Below the pieces are notes generated by a model. The model searched no databases. It saw only the letters and a list, made by a program, of their open reading frames with translations, and was not told where the DNA came from. Both the position numbers and the translations under genes were made by a program. From an uncultured Acetivibrio sp. (lineage in GTDB: Bacteria; Bacillota; Clostridia; Acetivibrionales; Acetivibrionaceae), in assembly GCA_964564015.1 (NCBI GenBank), contig CAZLZR010000013.1:18252-82251 (forward strand): DNA of 64,000 nucleotides, written 5' to 3'. This document shows, piece after piece, positions 1 through 10,603 of the stretch; position 1 is the stretch's first letter; every line of letters starts with the position of its first letter.

Positions 1-1
1 T

Positions 2-496
2 TACTGGCATTTGGATACCCGCCCGGATGAGTTAAAAGCCTTAAATGATACAGCCTTAAAGGGGGCAGCTAAAACAATAGACAGACTACTTAACAACTGC
101 CGGTTTAAAACCTTTGTGCATGGCGATGCCAAACTGGAGAATTTCTGCTTTTTTGAAGATGCAAATAAGGTAGCGGCAGTAGACTTTCAATATGTTGGCG
201 GTGGTTGTGGTATGAAAGATGTTGCATATTTTGTAGATAGCTGCTTATATGATGATGAGTGTGAAAGTTGGGAAACCGATGTTTTGGAATTCTATTTTAA
301 AGAACTGAGAAATGCATTAAATATCAAACAAAGGAATGTAGAGTTTGAGGCCTTGGAAAAAGAATGGAGAGGACTTTATCATGTAGCATGGACAGACTTT
401 TACCGTTTTCTAAAAGGATGGGCACCAGGCCGTTATGAAAGCAGGTATAGTGAACGTATTGCCCGTGAAGTTATAAAAAATCTGAGTAATAAATAG
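2..496 (+). CDS. Protein-kinase-like-fold phosphotransferase (aminoglycoside/choline-kinase/EcKinase-like), C-terminal part; 5' end outside window
   Basis: Frame is open from the window edge (codons Y-W-H precede the TTG at 11). Brenner-type catalytic motif [13 protein letters not shown] is followed by VDFQYVGGG. Confidence 0.6.
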   Translation, partial: YWHLDTRPDELKALNDTALKGAAKTIDRLLNNCRFKTFVHGDAKLENFCFFEDANKVAAVDFQYVGGGCGMKDVAYFVDSCLYDDECESWETDVLEFYFKELRNALNIKQRNVEFEALEKEWRGLYHVAWTDFYRFLKGWAPGRYESRYSERIAREVIKNLSNK

Positions 497-546
497 GAAA
501 ATATGATACTAACAAACAAATTAGCTGGTGGTATTGTAGTAAACAC

Positions 547-580
547 AAAACGGAGTGAACAGAAAAGTCCACTCCGTTTT
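547..580. terminator. Bidirectional intrinsic terminator between convergent genes
   Basis: Stem aaaacggagtg (547-557) pairs with cactccgtttt (570-580). A/T runs on both sides give a U-tract on either strand. Confidence 0.6.
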
Positions 581-589
581 AGTGTAAGT

Positions 590-2482
590 CTAATATTTTC
601 CGAATTCATTATCACTAAGGATTATTTTTTGCTTTGGGGAAGAGATACCCTTTTCGGGTTCTTCTTTATAATCCCAGTCCGATTTTAATACATCGGTTTC
701 ATTTCTGAGTTCTTGCTTGTTGACATGGTTTTGTTTCTTACTTTCGGAAATATCCTCAAGCATCTTCAGAATTTCAGGGTTAATTTCCTTATATCTGTTG
801 TATGACGAGTGGTTTAGATTTTTTAACTTGAATTTTCTGATGGATTCCTTCAAGAAGTCGGCTTGACCGGATAATTCTTCACTTGCGGCTGCACTTTCTT
901 CTGATGTAGCCGAATTGGTCTGTACAACCTGTGATACCTGTATAATACCTTGATTTATCTGCGCAATAGCCGCAGCCTGCTCGTTTGAAGCAATGGCTAT
1001 ATCACCAACTAAAGAAGCAGCTTTTGCAATATCTCCTACAATCTTATTGAGTGCTTCTGCAGTTTCATTGGCTATTTTTGTACCGTTTTCAGTTCTCTTA
1101 ATTGATCCTTCAATGAGTTCAGTGGTTTCTTTGGCTGCATTAGCAGATCTTGCGGCAAGATTCCTTACTTCCTCAGCCACCACTGCAAACCCTTTGCCAT
1201 GCTGCCCGGCTCTTGCTGCTTCAACTGCTGCATTCAGCGCAAGAATGTTGGTCTGGAAGGCTATCTCATCAATTACCTTTATTATTCTGGAGATATTTGA
1301 AGAGGAATTATTGATTTCCTCAATGGCATTGAGCATATCAGCCATATGTTTGTTGCCCTGCACCGCGTTGTTTTTTGCAGTCTCTGCCAGTTCATTGGCC
1401 TGATTGGCATTTTGAGCGTTTTGTTTTGTCTGTGTGGATACCTCTTCAAGGGAGGCGGTCAACTCCTCTATTGAGCTTGCCTGCTCGGTGGTTCCCTGTG
1501 AAAGCTGCATACTTGAATCAGATACCTGTTTTGCACCGGTTGCCACCTGTCCGGCAATAGCATTTATATTTCCGAGAACCTCATTATTTGTTTCAATCAA
1601 TTCGTTGAGTTTCTTACCAAGAAGATCCTTGTCTGACCTGATTTTGGCCTCAACTGTCAAATCACCGGATGCAATTTTTTCTACTAAATGAGCCTGTTCA
1701 CGAATGTTATTTATCATTATCCCGAAGGACTGTGCCAATCTTCCTATTTCATCCTTAGATTCTGCTTCAACAGTAACACCTACATCACCTAAGGCAAGTC
1801 TGTCAGCGGCATCTACCATTTTAGTGATAGGTCTGCTGATAGTGTTGGATATAAACAAACCCAGTACAATGGCTATGATTACGCCAATAATTATTACAAT
1901 AATCATTGTTAGTGAGGCAGTGTTTGCAGCATGGGTGTTTTCTTCCATCTTTGTCTTACCGCCATCAGAATTATATGTAATTATTTTTTCAAAGGATTCT
2001 CTCAATGCGTCTCCAACTTCGCCTAATTCCGTAAGTACAAGCTCTTTTGCCTGATCCATCTGTCCCGATTGCACTAATTTCATTTCTTTCTCGGATAGAG
2101 ATTTATACTCTTCCCATAGGGCTTCCAATTCATCATATTGTTTACGGTCTATATCGCTAATAATTCCTTCTTCGTACAATTTCATGTATTCCTCTGCTTG
2201 ATTAATATGTTCATCAATTTTATCTAGGCTTTCATTTTGCTGTTTTTCATCGTCAAACAATAGAGTTTTAGCAAGATTAAACCTCATTCTCTGGAACTGC
2301 AAAGCAGCATTGCCGGCATACTCAATACCTAAAGTGTTTTCCTTATACAAAAATTCATCGGCTTCCCTCATGGTGTTTATGTTTACAAGGGCAACAATGC
2401 CAACTATGGCAGCAATAGCTGCAACCACCAAAAAGCCGATAATTAGTTTTGCACCAATTTTCAAATTGTAAAACCAACGCAT
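590..2482 (-). CDS. Methyl-accepting chemotaxis protein (two TM segments, four-helix-bundle-type sensor, HAMP, MA signalling domain)
   Basis: 630 aa with N-terminal TM and a second TM ([19 protein letters not shown]) followed by HAMP (RPITKMV...LALGD). Highly conserved MCP hairpin [38 protein letters not shown] aaggagg upstream. Confidence 0.95.
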   Translation of the reverse strand: MRWFYNLKIGAKLIIGFLVVAAIAAIVGIVALVNINTMREADEFLYKENTLGIEYAGNAALQFQRMRFNLAKTLLFDDEKQQNESLDKIDEHINQAEEYMKLYEEGIISDIDRKQYDELEALWEEYKSLSEKEMKLVQSGQMDQAKELVLTELGEVGDALRESFEKIITYNSDGGKTKMEENTHAANTASLTMIIVIIIGVIIAIVLGLFISNTISRPITKMVDAADRLALGDVGVTVEAESKDEIGRLAQSFGIMINNIREQAHLVEKIASGDLTVEAKIRSDKDLLGKKLNELIETNNEVLGNINAIAGQVATGAKQVSDSSMQLSQGTTEQASSIEELTASLEEVSTQTKQNAQNANQANELAETAKNNAVQGNKHMADMLNAIEEINNSSSNISRIIKVIDEIAFQTNILALNAAVEAARAGQHGKGFAVVAEEVRNLAARSANAAKETTELIEGSIKRTENGTKIANETAEALNKIVGDIAKAASLVGDIAIASNEQAAAIAQINQGIIQVSQVVQTNSATSEESAAASEELSGQADFLKESIRKFKLKNLNHSSYNRYKEINPEILKMLEDISESKKQNHVNKQELRNETDVLKSDWDYKEEPEKGISSPKQKIILSDNEFGKY

Positions 2483-2502
2483 TATATAATCCTCCTTGAT
2501 TT

Positions 2503-2991
2503 TTATATTTCGTTGCTCATACTTAGCATTTCTTCTTCAGCAAGCAGTTGCCTGCAATCCAGTATCAACTTGACATCACTTCCTGTTTTGCCAATACCTT
2601 TAATATACTTATTTCCTTTTAAGTCGTTTGGAGCAACAATGTCTTCATCCGGTATGGACAGCACCTCTGAGACACTATCTACAATAAGTCCAATAAGTAT
2701 GTCATCAGCGTCAATAACAATTATACAGGTTCTATCGTTATATTCTCTGAACCCCTTACTGAACCTCAGCCTGACATCCATTACCGGAATAATCTTTCCT
2801 CTCAGATTTATTATACCTCGAATATATTCAGGAAGTTCAGGTACTTCGGTAATTGGCTGTACCCCTATAATTTCTGTAACATACCTGATTTCAATTCCAT
2901 AGTACTCCTTTCCAATAGTGAATGTTAGATACTTATCCTTTTGTGTTTCCTCTTGCTCTACCAAAAAATCGCTGTTTAATACTTCAGACAT
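2503..2991 (-). CDS. cheW: Chemotaxis coupling protein CheW (paired with the MCP downstream)
   Basis: 162 aa with CheW-like fold motifs ([40 protein letters not shown]). RBS aaggaggtg. 20-nt spacing to the MCP gene. Confidence 0.9.
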   Translation of the reverse strand: MSEVLNSDFLVEQEETQKDKYLTFTIGKEYYGIEIRYVTEIIGVQPITEVPELPEYIRGIINLRGKIIPVMDVRLRFSKGFREYNDRTCIIVIDADDILIGLIVDSVSEVLSIPDEDIVAPNDLKGNKYIKGIGKTGSDVKLILDCRQLLAEEEMLSMSNEI

Positions 2992-3569
2992 TCACTTTCA
3001 CCTCCTTGTGCAACCAGTTTAGTTATTTTATCAGTGCCCTTGACACTGTTCGACCCAATAAGCATAAATAAAGAACTAAATGCTGGATATGTCAAAAAGT
3101 TCATTGAATTTTATTCGTTTAATTTTGTTATGGGTAAGTGGTTCTTTTAACTGAATTTAAGAGATAAACCCTAAAGCGCAAAAAAAACTCCATTAATTAT
3201 GGATTTAATTTGCACAATGATATAGATGAGACCTCCCATTGCATGAGTATGTACTGAGATATAATTATCCATTCTCATGAATGAGGTTCTTTTGATGATT
3301 TGAATATTTTTGTTGTTTTTGATAGGTCTGTTGTAAATTCCTTCGTAATATAGTATGCATATAAAAGCTCCTTTTGGTATTGTGACTTATCTGCAAATTA
3401 TGATAGTGAGTGTTGTATAGAAAATTTGTCATTTGTAGATTTCATAATAAATACTTATTCTGCACAAATAACAAAATTCCTTTTTTATTTTCAAAATTTG
3501 AAAAATTTTATACTTATATTTTTTTTCAGTAAATTAATTACTTGTAATTGGGTTCTGTGTTGTAGAAAC

Positions 3570-3606
3570 AAATAAAATAGAGCTGTCTCCAAATACAAGA
3601 CAACTC
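3570..3606 (-). terminator. Probable intrinsic terminator of the GH5 gene
   Basis: On the minus strand, gagttgtct/agacagctc forms a stem (one G-U) followed by tattttatttg. Confidence 0.4.
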
Positions 3607-3630
3607 CATTTTAATAATCTAAACATCGAA

Positions 3631-5322
3631 CTAGCTTTTCATTCCAAGAAGGTGCATTCTAATTAAACCAAAGTCTATAGAGGTTATTTTGCCATCACCA
3701 TTAAGATCTCCTGCCTTCAAATCATCATCAACAGGGAAGTCTTTTATCATTCCAAGAAGGTACATTTTCATTAAACCAAAGTCTATTGAGTTAATTGATC
3801 CATTTCCATCTACGTCACCTGGTATTATTCCTGAAGGTGATGGAGTTGGCGTTACAACTGTGGTTGGAGTAGCTGTAGTTTTTGTCGGTGTAGGTTTAAC
3901 AGTAGGGGTTACAGCTGAGCCTCCAGGAAGTGGCACACCATTTTTTCCAAGGGGAATTTTGTGATCCAAACCCTGGAACTTACCATCTTCATTTTTCCAA
4001 AGAACAGGTAATAGATAATTGTCATACTTGTTATCGTTCCACTTAAGGTCTCTTCCACCTTCGAACGGTGTACCTTCGTCACGCGTAAATAAGCCGCCTG
4101 TATCTGCGGAGTCAATATTTATACACCATAATGTATGATGCATCTTGAATTTGTTTTCTAAAATATAGTCTCTCATACATCTTAAATATTTGAGATTTGA
4201 GTTTAGCAGTTTATCTCCGCCTTCTGTCAGACCGCCCCATTCACCAATAAGTAAGGGAGAAATTCCTTCTTCCATTATAAATGCCCAGTTGTCTCTCCAA
4301 CATTCCTCATAGAGTATTTTTTTTGCGGTCTTATCGTCAGCGGTAACAAAATCTCCGCTAAACCACGGTTGTTCATATACCAATGGACCATAATCATGTG
4401 GAGAATAAACAAGTTGTTTCTGATATTGACCAAGATCAATAGGGTAATCTTTTACACCTCTTAAGTTTCCACCCCACCAGTTTCCGTAGTAGTCATTATT
4501 TCCTGTCCAAGGACTTGTATCGAAGATTTCATCATCCCAGATACCATCCTTAGGATACATTTCAACGCCTTCAACAAAAATCAGGGCATTTGGATGAACT
4601 TTCATTATTGCCAATGCGGTTTCCTGGGCTACTCTTTTCCAGTTGTTCGGATGATTGGAATCATCCCAGATAGCGGAATCATTCTTGATCTTAACATTAC
4701 CAACATTTGTGTGAGGTTCATTTTTTAGGTCAAAGCCTATGATCGTGTCATCATTTTTGTAGTGGTTTGCTAACCATACCCAGGAAGATTTGAAGACTTC
4801 TTCAGTTATAGCACCCTTATACCACAAAGGATGGTTATGTCCCATATTGTCTGTTTGTGCACTATGTACATCAATTATAACTTTGATTCCAACCCTTTTG
4901 AAGTTCTCAAGCATAAAATTAAATAATTCAAAACTGTTTAGATCCTCTAAAGCAGGATTGTTAAAACTTGTATCGGTTGATTCAGGATAAGTACCCTGGC
5001 TCCATGCGTACAACAAATCTGTTGCAATGGGCATTCTGACTACATTTATACCTTTGTCTGCAACAATATTAATGTCGGCCACTATATCACTATGATAAGA
5101 ATCCAGCAGCATTCTTTCCCGGCAGTTAAATCCAAACCAGTTCGCACCGGTAAGCCATACCTTATTGCCGTATTTGTCGACAATATTGGAACCTTCAACA
5201 TGCAGCCAGTCATCATTAGCATCAGCAACATCACTTGTTTCGGCGGAAATCAGTGCATTCGGTGTTATTAATAACGTTGCAAGCGTTATTAATATAATCG
5301 AAAAAATAATAGGTTTTTTCAT
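3631..5322 (-). CDS. Cellulosomal GH5 endoglucanase with C-terminal type I dockerin
   Basis: Signal peptide. GH5 acid/base motif FDLKNEPH and nucleophile motif LLIGEWGG. TP-rich linker, then duplicated Ca-binding dockerin segments GDVDGNGSINSIDFGLMKMYLLG and GDLNGDGKITSIDFGLIRMHLLG. RBS gggaggag. Confidence 0.9.
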   Translation of the reverse strand: MKKPIIFSIILITLATLLITPNALISAETSDVADANDDWLHVEGSNIVDKYGNKVWLTGANWFGFNCRERMLLDSYHSDIVADINIVADKGINVVRMPIATDLLYAWSQGTYPESTDTSFNNPALEDLNSFELFNFMLENFKRVGIKVIIDVHSAQTDNMGHNHPLWYKGAITEEVFKSSWVWLANHYKNDDTIIGFDLKNEPHTNVGNVKIKNDSAIWDDSNHPNNWKRVAQETALAIMKVHPNALIFVEGVEMYPKDGIWDDEIFDTSPWTGNNDYYGNWWGGNLRGVKDYPIDLGQYQKQLVYSPHDYGPLVYEQPWFSGDFVTADDKTAKKILYEECWRDNWAFIMEEGISPLLIGEWGGLTEGGDKLLNSNLKYLRCMRDYILENKFKMHHTLWCINIDSADTGGLFTRDEGTPFEGGRDLKWNDNKYDNYLLPVLWKNEDGKFQGLDHKIPLGKNGVPLPGGSAVTPTVKPTPTKTTATPTTVVTPTPSPSGIIPGDVDGNGSINSIDFGLMKMYLLGMIKDFPVDDDLKAGDLNGDGKITSIDFGLIRMHLLGMKS

Positions 5323-5961
5323 TTTGTTCTCCTCCCAAAATAATTATTTAAAATAAATAATAAACTATAAATACTTCTATTTATAATATAGGTTCGTATA
5401 GTGAGCGGAATTTAGTACTCAGATAATAGATATAAATAGGTAATTGTTTCGTAGAATTTAAACATTGATAAGTATATTGCAGTGCGTATAGATTTTGAAA
5501 TTCTGTCTTTAAAACAAAAAAGTGGCTTGCAAGTTGAAGCATCTATCTATTAAACTGTTAAAAAATTTGTTTATCTTTTTTTTATAATATCATAAAATTT
5601 GCATAATTACAATAAACCAATAAAACTCGCTAACTATAATACTACAAATTGTTACATTATTCCTGTTTGGTTATAATTAACTGTGATGAGTAGTAAGGTT
5701 TTCAGTATAATGGAAGCAGACTTTATCGCTGTTTGCCATAGTAATTGTTTTAGGTATAGTTTTTTACTATGCTTGGGATTATCTATTTAAATTCTACTGA
5801 TAATGTGTTAGAATTTTAAAGGCGTTTTATAAGGAATAAGTGGGATTATTACGATAAATAACCTTTTTTTAGTATTAGTGGTTAACCAAAAGTTCTTGTG
5901 ATGGGACTTTATGAGCTGTTTTGTGAGTTGTTAACATTTTATGAATGGTGGGGTGATTGAA

Positions 5962-7896
5962 ATGGAAATATCAAATTCTAATAAACTGGGAGATTCATCT
6001 GAAAGCACTTTATTTCATAAGGTAAAGAGAAATTTTAAAAGTAATCTTAAAAATATCTTGATAGTTATAGGACTGTCTATGTTTTTATCAGTTATTGGAG
6101 CTCTTATTTCCTCTAATTTTTCATTGGTTGTATTGGAACTCTATTTAAAGCAACCGTTTTTATTTCTGCTGAATGCACTACCTTTAACCTTATTAATGCT
6201 TTTGGTATGCTTTCTGACCTCAAGGGTTTGGATCTCTTATTTAGTTTCAGGTAGTTTTTATCTGCTTATTCAAATGGTTAACTTTTTCAAAATCAGTCTT
6301 AGGCTGGAGCCTTTCGTACCTGCTGATATAGTGCTTGGGGGCGAATCGACAAATGTAATAAGCATTAAAGATTTGCCTATTAACATGGGTTTGATTTTTA
6401 TGGTGGTTTTATTCTTGATTGGGGGCCTGGGAGTATTTATTTTCATAAAGTCAAAGTCTACAGGATGGTTATTCAGAACAATGGGAGTTCTATTATCGGT
6501 TTTACTCTCTGTAGTATTGTTTAATACCTGGTATAAGAATACAAAACTATATGACAGCTTTAAGGTGCATGGAACAATCTACTCATCGGTGGATATAGCA
6601 AGATCAAAGGGATTTATTTATTCGTTCCTTGTTAAGGCAAATTCCTTAAAACTATCTCCACCTGAAGATTATGCAGCTGAAAAAGTTGAAAAGCTTCTTG
6701 GAATTTCCGAACAGAAGAATGAATTACAAGCTTCAAATAATATAGATGAAGATATTGAAATGCCACATGTTATTGCAATAATGAGCGAAGCTTTTTTTGA
6801 TATTGATAGAATTCCGGGAGTTGAGTTTGATGAATCAAACAATCCGTTAAAGAACTTCAACAAGATTTGTGAAGAAGCCTATCATGGAAGAATTGTCAAT
6901 AATGTTTATGGTGGAGGTACGGCAATAACTGAATTTCAATTTCTTACAGGCGTTTCAACAAGTATAGCAAACTGGAGTGGAGATGCATATTCACTTTATA
7001 TACGTAAAAATACCTTTTCGCTTAATAGTGTTTTTGAAAGTAAAGGTTATAAAACAATGGCATTTCACCCTGGTCATCCATGGTTTTACAACAGGTTTAA
7101 CGTGTATGATTACTTTGGGTTTGACAATCGCTATTTTGCCGATGATGTAACTGAAAGAACTCTTAAGACGCATACCGGGTATATTGCCGATATTGACGCA
7201 TATAAATTTTTGCTCAATGATTTCGAAAGACACTTGGATGAAAACCCGGACAGTCCGTATTTTAATTTCACGGTCACTATCCATAATCATGGTCCTTATG
7301 CAAATTCGCCAATTGGCTATACCGAAATTTTAAAGCATAACAGTTCGGTAAATGAAGAGTATTACCATCTGGTAAATAATTATATTGGTGGTCTTCAACA
7401 AAACGATGAAGCTTTAGGATACCTGACCGATCAGTTGGAAAATTCGGAAGAACCGGTTGTAGTGGCGTATTTTGGAGATCACCTTCCGTTCCTCGGTAAA
7501 GAGTTTGAGGGATTCAAGGCACTGAATTATGGTATAGGTTTGTCAGGAACTGTTGAAGAATATTTGAATACTTACGAAACTCCTTATTTTATTTGGAGTA
7601 ATGAAGCAGCAAAAAAACTATTTAAACAACAGGGCAAAGAGATTCCTATGGGGGAAGCACCATTAATAAGTACTAATTTTCTTGGTACAGAGCTTCTCAA
7701 TTATCTTGGCATAAAAGACTCTGTGTATTTCAATTACGTAAATGAGGTTAAGGCATCATTGCCGGTGATAACCGGAAGGTTCTACAAAAAAAGTAATGGT
7801 GAATTCACTGAAAATCTGACTGACAAAGAAAAGGCTATTATATCCCAGTACCGTAATTCACAGTATTATATGCTGTTTGAAAATAAGATAAAATAG
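5962..7896 (+). CDS. LtaS-family membrane sulfatase / phosphoglycerol-transferase-like protein
   Basis: N-terminal polytopic membrane region, then an alkaline-phosphatase/sulfatase-like domain (VIAIMSEAFFD, GGGTAITEFQFLTG, HPGHPWFYNR, HNHGPY, YFGDHLP). Start chosen at the ATG after RBS ggtgggg; the ORF track starts at 5941. Confidence 0.8.
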   Translation: MEISNSNKLGDSSESTLFHKVKRNFKSNLKNILIVIGLSMFLSVIGALISSNFSLVVLELYLKQPFLFLLNALPLTLLMLLVCFLTSRVWISYLVSGSFYLLIQMVNFFKISLRLEPFVPADIVLGGESTNVISIKDLPINMGLIFMVVLFLIGGLGVFIFIKSKSTGWLFRTMGVLLSVLLSVVLFNTWYKNTKLYDSFKVHGTIYSSVDIARSKGFIYSFLVKANSLKLSPPEDYAAEKVEKLLGISEQKNELQASNNIDEDIEMPHVIAIMSEAFFDIDRIPGVEFDESNNPLKNFNKICEEAYHGRIVNNVYGGGTAITEFQFLTGVSTSIANWSGDAYSLYIRKNTFSLNSVFESKGYKTMAFHPGHPWFYNRFNVYDYFGFDNRYFADDVTERTLKTHTGYIADIDAYKFLLNDFERHLDENPDSPYFNFTVTIHNHGPYANSPIGYTEILKHNSSVNEEYYHLVNNYIGGLQQNDEALGYLTDQLENSEEPVVVAYFGDHLPFLGKEFEGFKALNYGIGLSGTVEEYLNTYETPYFIWSNEAAKKLFKQQGKEIPMGEAPLISTNFLGTELLNYLGIKDSVYFNYVNEVKASLPVITGRFYKKSNGEFTENLTDKEKAIISQYRNSQYYMLFENKIK

Positions 7897-7980
7897 TGCT
7901 GGAATTATGGTGCTTTTGCTTTTTGAAACCTGTTGGCAGCCGATTTTTAGTATATTATATCAGAATGTTTGGGGGGAATT

Positions 7981-8691
7981 GTGTTGGAAAGGATAAAACT
8001 CTTCTGCTTACCTTATGCAGGTGGTTCTTCTATGATTTATAAGAGTTGGCGAAGATATCTGGATGAAAGAATTGATTTAAGACCAATAGAGCTTCCGGGT
8101 AGGGGGATCAGGTTTAGTGAGCCTCTTTACTCTTGTTCTGAAGAAGTTGTAAATGATTTATATAATAGAATTTCTGGGGAGTTGGACAAGCAACCGTATG
8201 CTGTGTTTGGCCATAGTATGGGTACAATTCTCACGTATGAATTAGTTGGTAAAATTATCGACCAAACTAAAAGAGAACCCGTGCATTTATTCTTCTCAGG
8301 GCGTTATCCTCCTTTTGTCGAGGTGAAAGACAAAAACATACACACGCTTCCTGATAAAGAGTTTCTTGCAGAACTCCAGCTTTTAGGAGGTATGAACAAG
8401 GAGGTTATTGAAAACAAAGAGATACTTGAACTTTTTATGCCGATTTTAAGGTCTGATTATAAACTGGTTGAAACGTATAGACATAAAGGGAGCATTGCTT
8501 CATTTAATTGTGACATAACAGTTTTGAACGGCAGAAGTGATGAGTATGTTGAAGGGAAGGAAATGCATAGATGGAAGGAATGTACAACTAAGAACTGCAG
8601 GTTTTATGAGTTTGATGACGGGCATTTCTTTATTAATAAGTATAAGGAAGATGTCGCAGCAGTTATAAACAGCATGCTGTTAAAGCTATAA
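7981..8691 (+). CDS. Type II thioesterase (alpha/beta hydrolase, GrsT/TE-II family)
   Basis: N-terminal FCLPYAGGS, nucleophile elbow GHSMG, C-terminal DDGHFF. Exact start uncertain (TTG 7969, GTG 7981 or TTG 7984, after gggggga). Confidence 0.8.
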   Translation: MLERIKLFCLPYAGGSSMIYKSWRRYLDERIDLRPIELPGRGIRFSEPLYSCSEEVVNDLYNRISGELDKQPYAVFGHSMGTILTYELVGKIIDQTKREPVHLFFSGRYPPFVEVKDKNIHTLPDKEFLAELQLLGGMNKEVIENKEILELFMPILRSDYKLVETYRHKGSIASFNCDITVLNGRSDEYVEGKEMHRWKECTTKNCRFYEFDDGHFFINKYKEDVAAVINSMLLKL

Positions 8692-8846
8692 ATATCGAAT
8701 TATGCCAAAAGTTGACATGGGAATTAGTACCGGTTTGTTGTTACTTACGGGAAAACAGGTTTACCAAATATATATAATGGTGACAAGCTGGCATTATTTG
8801 TGATATAATTTAAATACTATATAAACCAAATGGAGTGTGTTCAAGT

Positions 8847-9869
8847 ATGAAAAAATTAATCAGTGGTTTGGTTATTGGCGGTATTTTGGGAAGTTGCCTG
8901 TTTGTTTCTGCAGAGACAACAAGCTGGTTGGCTCAGAAAGCAACATTTAAAGTAATTGTACGTGGAGAGGAATTTGTTCCTGAAAATCCACCTATAGTAG
9001 TTGAGGGACGTACATATTTACCTCTGAGATCATTAGGTGAAGCATTGGGAGTTGACGTGGTATGGAATGCTGAATTAAAGCAGGCTGAGGTAGGGATGTC
9101 ACAAAATCCTGTTACCGAGACTGGTTCTACTGCTACAAAAGGACAAGCAGTGGCTTCAACAGTAACAAGTTGGACTGCATATAAAGCAACATTTAAAGTA
9201 ATGGTTCGCGGAGAAGAGTTTGTTTCAGAAAATCCACCTATAGTTGTGGAGGGAAGAACATATTTGCCGTTGAGGGCAATGGGAAATGCATTGGGTGTAA
9301 AAGTAGACTGGAATGCTGATTTAAAGCAGGCTGAAGTAGGGGATGCAGTAGCAGCAACTCCAACGGCGACTGCAACATCAGCAGTAACAGCAACACCAGC
9401 ACCGGAAGTAACTCCAAAAGAAACTACAAAAGTATCGGTTGCAGATACAATTAATTTTGATATGGCTTCTGTTGAAGCTAGGGCAGGAGAGAACGTTTCA
9501 ATTCCAATTACTCTCTCCAATATTGCTGACATAGGAATTGCTGCCTGTGACTTTGAAATGGTTTATAACTCTGAAAATCTTGAGTTTGTTGAGGTAACAG
9601 CAGGTGAGATTGTAAAGAACGCAGGCATAAACTTTTCAACTAATCTTGAAGAAGAGGGCAGGATAAGATTCTTATTTTTGGACAATACTATGAAGGATGA
9701 GGCAATTACAACAAATGGTGTTTTTGCGACTATAAAGTTTAAAGTAAAAGATACAGCCAAAATTGGTAAATATCCGGTAGAAGTTTCAGGAGCCCCTACG
9801 TTCGGAGATACAATACTTGCAAGTATGGAAGTTGACTATAAATCAGGTGCTGTAAATGTAGTACAATAA
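8847..9869 (+). CDS. Secreted single-cohesin protein with two copper-amine-oxidase-N-terminal-like (PF07833-type) modules
   Basis: Signal peptide MKKLISGLVIGGILGSCLFVSA. Two ~53-aa repeats KATFKV.VRGEEFV.ENPPIVVEGRTYLPLR..G.ALGV.V.WNA.LKQAEVG. TP/TA linker. The C-terminal domain aligns by eye to type I cohesins (GENVSIPI, IAACDFEMVYN, IRFLFLD, NGVFATIKFKVK, GAVNV). Confidence 0.85.
   Translation: MKKLISGLVIGGILGSCLFVSAETTSWLAQKATFKVIVRGEEFVPENPPIVVEGRTYLPLRSLGEALGVDVVWNAELKQAEVGMSQNPVTETGSTATKGQAVASTVTSWTAYKATFKVMVRGEEFVSENPPIVVEGRTYLPLRAMGNALGVKVDWNADLKQAEVGDAVAATPTATATSAVTATPAPEVTPKETTKVSVADTINFDMASVEARAGENVSIPITLSNIADIGIAACDFEMVYNSENLEFVEVTAGEIVKNAGINFSTNLEEEGRIRFLFLDNTMKDEAITTNGVFATIKFKVKDTAKIGKYPVEVSGAPTFGDTILASMEVDYKSGAVNVVQ
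8919..9341 (+). repeat. Internal tandem duplication encoding the two Cu-amine-oxidase-N-like modules (8919-9095 and 9165-9341)
   Basis: The two segments are near-identical at protein level (TSW.A.KATFKV.VRGEEFV.ENPPIVVEGRTYLPLR...) and clearly similar at DNA level. Confidence 0.85.
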
Positions 9870-9931
9870 AACTTTGGATTTACCTTAAGTCCACGGTACC
9901 CATTGTTTTGAATGTATTAAAGCATTTAGTT

Positions 9932-9968
9932 AAGGCTGACGGTTTGATTACCGACAGCCTTTGATTTT
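9932..9968. terminator. Bidirectional terminator between convergent genes
   Basis: aaggctgacgg / ccgacagcctt stem (one mismatch) followed by ttgatttt. Confidence 0.5.
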
Positions 9969-9978
9969 AGCGGACAAG

Positions 9979-10305
9979 TTACCAGTTTATTAACTGTTTG
10001 AGCTTATTTACCACAATATTTCCTTCAGAACCAAATATTTGTTTTATTTTGTCAAAGTCAGCTTCAGTTAGCCTTCTTCTTAGTTCGGATATATTAATAT
10101 TTTGCTCTTTTAAAGTTTTTTTGTCAGCTTCAAGAATTTTATTTATAATTAAATCTCTATTAACGGAATTCATAATTTCTGTCAGTTCGTTAATATTAGC
10201 TTTCTTAAGAAAGAATATTAATGTATTTAGCTTACATTGAAGGTCACTCCTATTGTATTCACTTAAGACCTCTTCAACTTTTTTTTTAAACAGGTTATTG
10301 GACAT
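9979..10305 (-). CDS. Hypothetical small helical protein (108 aa)
   Basis: ORF with RBS aaaggag 8 nt upstream of the ATG at 10305. Charged, Lys/Asn-rich, with no recognisable motif. Confidence 0.5.
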   Translation of the reverse strand: MSNNLFKKKVEEVLSEYNRSDLQCKLNTLIFFLKKANINELTEIMNSVNRDLIINKILEADKKTLKEQNINISELRRRLTEADFDKIKQIFGSEGNIVVNKLKQLINW

Positions 10306-10603
10306 TCTTTCTACTCCTTTCAATATGAAAGATAATAAAATCTAAACTCGCAAAATAGCGGGAGATAGTTAGGTATACATGATGCTTGGTTTACATAAAT
10401 TTCACATAATTATTAATATTCTTTATTTTGCAAAAGTGTTACTTAAAAGAACATAGATTAAGTTGACTAAAAAAGTTGTGGAGGTTTACAAATTGTGATA
10501 GGATAGGTTTGGAAAAGTTCTATGTTTTGGAGGTCATCAAAATTCTGTTTATAAAAGAAAAGATATAAAGGGGTAAAGATTAAATGTAAAGGGAGGATAT
10601 TGA

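Noticed and set aside
993-2054. Plus-strand ORFs (136, 61, 85 and 116 aa) inside the MCP gene. Similar antisense ORFs occur inside GH5, the cohesin gene, cheA (55350-56293), DUF342 (60169-60726), fliF, fliY and others.
   Set aside because: These are shadow ORFs on the opposite strand of strongly supported genes. They have Ser/Ala/Leu-rich or low-complexity products and no RBS.
3265-3360. 31-codon minus-strand ORF (MHTILRRNLQQTYQKQQKYSNHQKNLIHENG) with a good RBS (aaaggag, 7-nt spacing) upstream of the cheW-MCP pair
   Set aside because: It is very short, with a low-complexity product and no other support. Such RBS-ATG combinations arise by chance in AT-rich spacers. It is worth a look in ribosome-profiling data only.
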